Shown piece after piece: positions 60,505-64,000 of a stretch of DNA of 64,000 nucleotides. Positions within the stretch are counted from its first letter, which is position 1; each line of letters starts with the position of its first letter. A program made the translations under genes and the position numbers. The stretch lies in NCBI GenBank assembly GCA_039208735.1, contig JBCCQY010000015.1:26805-90804 (forward strand). Direction: 5' to 3'. The stretch is from Myxococcota bacterium. GTDB lineage: Bacteria; Myxococcota_A; UBA796; GCA-2862545. The notes under the pieces were generated by a model. That model saw only the letters and a program-made list of their open reading frames with translations. It was not told the DNA's origin and did no database searches.

Positions 60505-62073
60505 TTGGACACGGTGAAACGAACGGTCAAGGGGACCGTCACCCGCACGGTCGCATTCACGGACCTGGCGAATTACACCGCCGCCGTGTCGCGGGCGAAT
60601 CGTGAGGAATTGCGTCGCCTACTGGCAGATCACGAGGCCCTGGTCGCGCCGATCGCGGAGCGTCACGGAGGCCGGGTGGTGAAGAACCTCGGCGACTCCT
60701 TCATGGTCATCTTCGACGCAGCGACCGACGCGCTGCGGGCGGCCCTGCAGATCCAAGAGATGGTTCGCGACTCCGAAATCTCGATTCGCGTGGCCCTCGA
60801 GACGGGCGACGTCGAGGCCATCGAGGGCGATGCGTTTGGCTACGCGGTGAATCTTGCCGCCCGCATCCTCGCTAAGGCCCCCCCGCAAGAGATCTGGTTC
60901 GGTCCAGCAACGCGGATCTGCATGAACGCCTCCGAAATCCCTTGGGAGAGCGTCGGTCGATTCCGCTTCAAGGGCATCCCCGGAGAGCGAGAGATCTTTC
61001 GTGCCGTCCCGCCCCACCAGTGCAAGCTTCCCGAGCCCGTTGCCCGTTCGGTAAAGCAAGGGCGGCTCGTGCGCTTTGTGCGCGGCGAACCGGCGCCGCT
61101 GTTGCCGCCAGACCCCGTGGTGCTCCTTGAGGGCTATCCTCCCGGGTCACCTGCCCTTTCGGAGGCCGTCGATAAGCTTCCGGTCATCAATCCGGCCAGT
61201 TTGTGGCTTGCCGCCTACAACATCGCAACCGACGACCGGGTGGCCTGGCGAGAGGCAGGTCGGGGGCTCGTCATCGGCACGCCAGAGGCTATCGATCAAG
61301 CTGTCGCGGATGCCCTGAAGGTGGTCACTCGGCACTCCGGCTCCGACACCATCGTGTTGGACGTGGGGGTCAAGGCCGATGTCGAGTTGGTGATGTGCGG
61401 CATTGCGCTACCCGCGGTGCCCCTGCACGAGGTGGTGTCCAGCTACTTCTACGACCTGCTTTCGGATGGTCGTTGGGTGAACCAATCCGACCATGCCCTG
61501 CTGCGGGTTGAAGTCACTCCTGAGGGGCCCCGCCTGCATGCCATGACTCCCGGCATCCTCATCAATGGCCGGGCGGTCGATGAGAATGGTCCTCCCGTCG
61601 ATTTGGACGATGGGGATCAAATCGCTACTGCGGTTGGCCAGTTCCGCTACGAGACCTCCACCCACACCTACGTGGGGCTGCTCATCGCGGATACCGAAAT
61701 GCGGCTGGGGGTAGTGTCGGGGACGACGGCAGAACTGGGCCGTGAACCTCGTCATCCTGGACTGGCCTACCCCGATCGCCGTGGGCAGGACAACATTCGC
61801 TGGTGTCCGGGTCAGCGTGCGGCACGGGCCCGTTCGAACGGCTTTACGCTCGATCGTGCCCTTGCGGGGCGTCGTCAGGCGGCGATTCAGGTCAATGACG
61901 ACCAGGTCCAGCTCAAGCCGCTGCACCCCCGCTGTGCCACCTACTTGCAGCGCTTTGGCAATGCAAATCTCGAACTTGCCGACCGGGTGCTCGATATTCG
62001 CCTCGGTGACCGCATCGTCGCCGGCACGACCGTCGTGGCGTTGCGCGCGCCCGAGACCGCAGCAGCTGAATGA
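60505..62073 (+). CDS. Class III adenylate cyclase with C-terminal FHA-like domains
   Basis: FTDLANYT, VKNLGDSFM and DAFGYAVNLAARI are intact; C-terminal INGR..LDDGDQI and LGR...LGDRI FHA-like strands. Confidence 0.85.
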   Translation: MDTVKRTVKGTVTRTVAFTDLANYTAAVSRANREELRRLLADHEALVAPIAERHGGRVVKNLGDSFMVIFDAATDALRAALQIQEMVRDSEISIRVALETGDVEAIEGDAFGYAVNLAARILAKAPPQEIWFGPATRICMNASEIPWESVGRFRFKGIPGEREIFRAVPPHQCKLPEPVARSVKQGRLVRFVRGEPAPLLPPDPVVLLEGYPPGSPALSEAVDKLPVINPASLWLAAYNIATDDRVAWREAGRGLVIGTPEAIDQAVADALKVVTRHSGSDTIVLDVGVKADVELVMCGIALPAVPLHEVVSSYFYDLLSDGRWVNQSDHALLRVEVTPEGPRLHAMTPGILINGRAVDENGPPVDLDDGDQIATAVGQFRYETSTHTYVGLLIADTEMRLGVVSGTTAELGREPRHPGLAYPDRRGQDNIRWCPGQRAARARSNGFTLDRALAGRRQAAIQVNDDQVQLKPLHPRCATYLQRFGNANLELADRVLDIRLGDRIVAGTTVVALRAPETAAAE

Positions 62074-62279
62074 ACGACGAACTCGTACAGCTAACGAATC
62101 AGGCGGTCCTCGCGGTGCTGTTGGGCTGCGGAGGCAGTGGGCTCGTGTTCATCGTGGGGCTTGTGATTTGGCTTCAACGTCAGACCAAGCCTGAAGAAGG
62201 AGCCAAACGCCCACCGCCTGTGATGTCGGTCGTGTTTACGCGACGCGAGCGGTCCGACGATGAGGACACCCAGGCTTAA
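62070..62279 (+). CDS. Small single-pass membrane protein
   Basis: 4-bp overlap with the cyclase stop; one hydrophobic segment. Confidence 0.5.
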   Translation: MNDELVQLTNQAVLAVLLGCGGSGLVFIVGLVIWLQRQTKPEEGAKRPPPVMSVVFTRRERSDDEDTQA

Positions 62280-63490
62280 GCGACGGGCAACCGCAATCGG
62301 AAGGTCGTACCCTGGCCTACTGCGGATTCCACGTCGATCTGGCCGCCCATCGTTTCAGCCCAGCGACGCGACAGGGCGAGGCCCAGCCCCAGTCCTGGCT
62401 TTTGCTGATCTGAATCTTGGACCTGGGCAAAGGGCTCAAAGAGATCTTCGAGCTTGTCGGGCGCGATGCCCACGCCGGTGTCCGAGACCGCCAGCTGGAC
62501 TTGCATTCCTACGGCGGTGGCCTGCAGGGTGATCTTGCCGTTGGTCGTGTACTTGGCGGCGTTCGACACGAGATTGAGCAGGATTTGAAACGTCCGCCGG
62601 GGATCGACCGAGATGGCAGGCAGATCCGAATCCGCCTGGAGTTCCCAGGTATTGCCTCTGAGCTGGACGAGGGGTTGCGTGATGACGCTCACTTCCTCGA
62701 GCAAGGGCGCGATGGGTACCCGCTCCACCGCCAGGGGGAGGTCGGCGTCTTCGGCGTTGGAAAGGTCGATGAGGTCGTCGACCAGTGCGAGCAGATGCTG
62801 GCCCGCCGCATGGATGCGTTCGAGGTCCTTCTGACGTTCGGGATCGGTTTCTTCCTCGCGAATCATCTCTTCGTAGCCAAGCACCACATTGAGTGGGGTT
62901 CGGAACTCGTGGCTGACCATGGCGAGGAAACGGTCGCGGGCCTGGGCGTCCCACTGGGCCTCCCGGGCTGCCTGCTCGAGCGCTTCGGTCGAGGCAAGTC
63001 GCTGACGGAGGGCTTCTCGTAGATCTTGAACCGCGAGGGAGACCCAGATGGCAGACATGAGGCTGGCGATCACGATGTCGATCACCGGGGAAAAGCCCGT
63101 GTCGGTCCCCTGCGGAGCGGCCATCCCGAGAACCGCCAGGGCGACGGTCATCGCCACCGTAGCCAAGAGTCCGCCGCGGGCTCCGCTCCAGATCCAAGCC
63201 GCAAACACGACAAGGCCCAAATACACGGTGTAGTGGCTATGTACACCCCCGGTGACCGCGATGTACGCGATGAGCGTCGCGGTCGAGACTAGGGTGAGAA
63301 ACCAAGCTGCTAGGGTCCCAAACCCCATTCGGGTGAGTCCCAGCGTCACAGCCATCGTCACGACAATGGGTAGTCCTCGCCACACTTGGTCTGCGCGAAC
63401 GTCGCCGACCAAGCCGTAGAGCATGCCCAACACCGCAAGCACCAAGACAACACCGACGGACCGCATGAGCAATCGATCGTGGAGGTTCAC
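62276..63490 (-). CDS. Membrane sensor histidine kinase
   Basis: Multi-TM N-terminus, SHEFRTPLN, NLVSNAAKYT, DTGVGI, LFEPF, GLGLGL. Confidence 0.92.
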   Translation of the reverse strand: MNLHDRLLMRSVGVVLVLAVLGMLYGLVGDVRADQVWRGLPIVVTMAVTLGLTRMGFGTLAAWFLTLVSTATLIAYIAVTGGVHSHYTVYLGLVVFAAWIWSGARGGLLATVAMTVALAVLGMAAPQGTDTGFSPVIDIVIASLMSAIWVSLAVQDLREALRQRLASTEALEQAAREAQWDAQARDRFLAMVSHEFRTPLNVVLGYEEMIREEETDPERQKDLERIHAAGQHLLALVDDLIDLSNAEDADLPLAVERVPIAPLLEEVSVITQPLVQLRGNTWELQADSDLPAISVDPRRTFQILLNLVSNAAKYTTNGKITLQATAVGMQVQLAVSDTGVGIAPDKLEDLFEPFAQVQDSDQQKPGLGLGLALSRRWAETMGGQIDVESAVGQGTTFRLRLPVA

Positions 63491-64000
63491 GCCACCACCT
63501 CGACATCGAGGAACAAAGTTAGAATGCCGATCGTCGCCGGCGGAGAGGTGGGGGCCGTGACGATGCCACCGATGGTTTCGGAGAGGCGTTGCGCGACCGC
63601 AATGGCTAGTCCGGTCTCGCTTCGGGCGGGAAACGCGATTTGGACGCCATCGTCGAGCGTTCCGATGGTCACCTCCACCCGCCCCCCGGCGAGGCTGTGC
63701 GCCGAGTGCACGAGGAGCTGGGTGAGCACGCGCTCCAACCGCTGTTCATGGGTCCGCACGAGGACCCGGTCAGCGGGTGCGTTGATCGCGAGTTCGAACC
63801 GTGGAGCGTACCTCGATACCGACGTTCGCGCCTTGTGGATGAGCTGCACGAGTTCGACTTCAGTGGGCTCTTCGGTCGCTCGGGAGGCCTCCGACCGGGC
63901 CACCTCGAGCACTCCTTCAACCAAGGTGAGCAGTTCACTACCCGCCGCGTGCATACGGTCAAGGTCGTGGTTGCCGGGCGAGTCTTCTCGCAGCAGGTCG
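63487..64000 (-). CDS. Histidine kinase-like protein, 3' part, degenerate HATPase (5' end outside the window)
   Basis: Frame is open to the window end. DLDRMHAAGSELLTLVEGVL parallels DLERIHAAGQHLLALVDDLI of the neighbour; N and G1 boxes lost. Confidence 0.7.
   Translation of the reverse strand, partial: DLLREDSPGNHDLDRMHAAGSELLTLVEGVLEVARSEASRATEEPTEVELVQLIHKARTSVSRYAPRFELAINAPADRVLVRTHEQRLERVLTQLLVHSAHSLAGGRVEVTIGTLDDGVQIAFPARSETGLAIAVAQRLSETIGGIVTAPTSPPATIGILTLFLDVEVVA

Overview
A GC-rich (roughly 65% by eye), almost entirely coding bacterial window with about 60 genes. Its protein repertoire suggests a Myxococcota-like organism (inference): an AgmX/PglI-type C-terminal domain, a TSP3-OmpA protein, an Asp-repeat lipoprotein, a Ser/Thr kinase and class III cyclases. 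Housekeeping genes (gor, sufE, murB, tldD/tldE, eno, ettA, thiD, asnS, htpG, tcdA, an rlmI-like gene, pdxJ) are interleaved with envelope and signalling genes. I saw no rRNA, tRNA, CRISPR array, integrase or transposase. Main points of interest: (1) a tightly coupled four-gene module encoding a beta-helix surface protein, a putative outer-membrane protein, an ECF sigma and a FecR anti-sigma, with no TonB-dependent receptor; (2) several apparently catalytically degenerate proteins (two pseudo-histidine kinases, a pseudo-cyclase STAND-TPR protein, a degenerate CAAX/CPBP domain, a GT4 lacking EX7E); (3) an intact adenylate cyclase fused to FHA-like domains; (4) a VIT-vWA-TonB_C-like fusion facing a SUKH-like orphan across an 11-bp periodic repeat; (5) two probable CTG start codons with perfect SD motifs; (6) two genes missed by the ORF track, a truncated GHKL ATPase and a 46-aa peptide. 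All calls come from reading motifs by eye; no searches were run. Several starts were adjusted from the ORF track using SD motifs and family N-termini.
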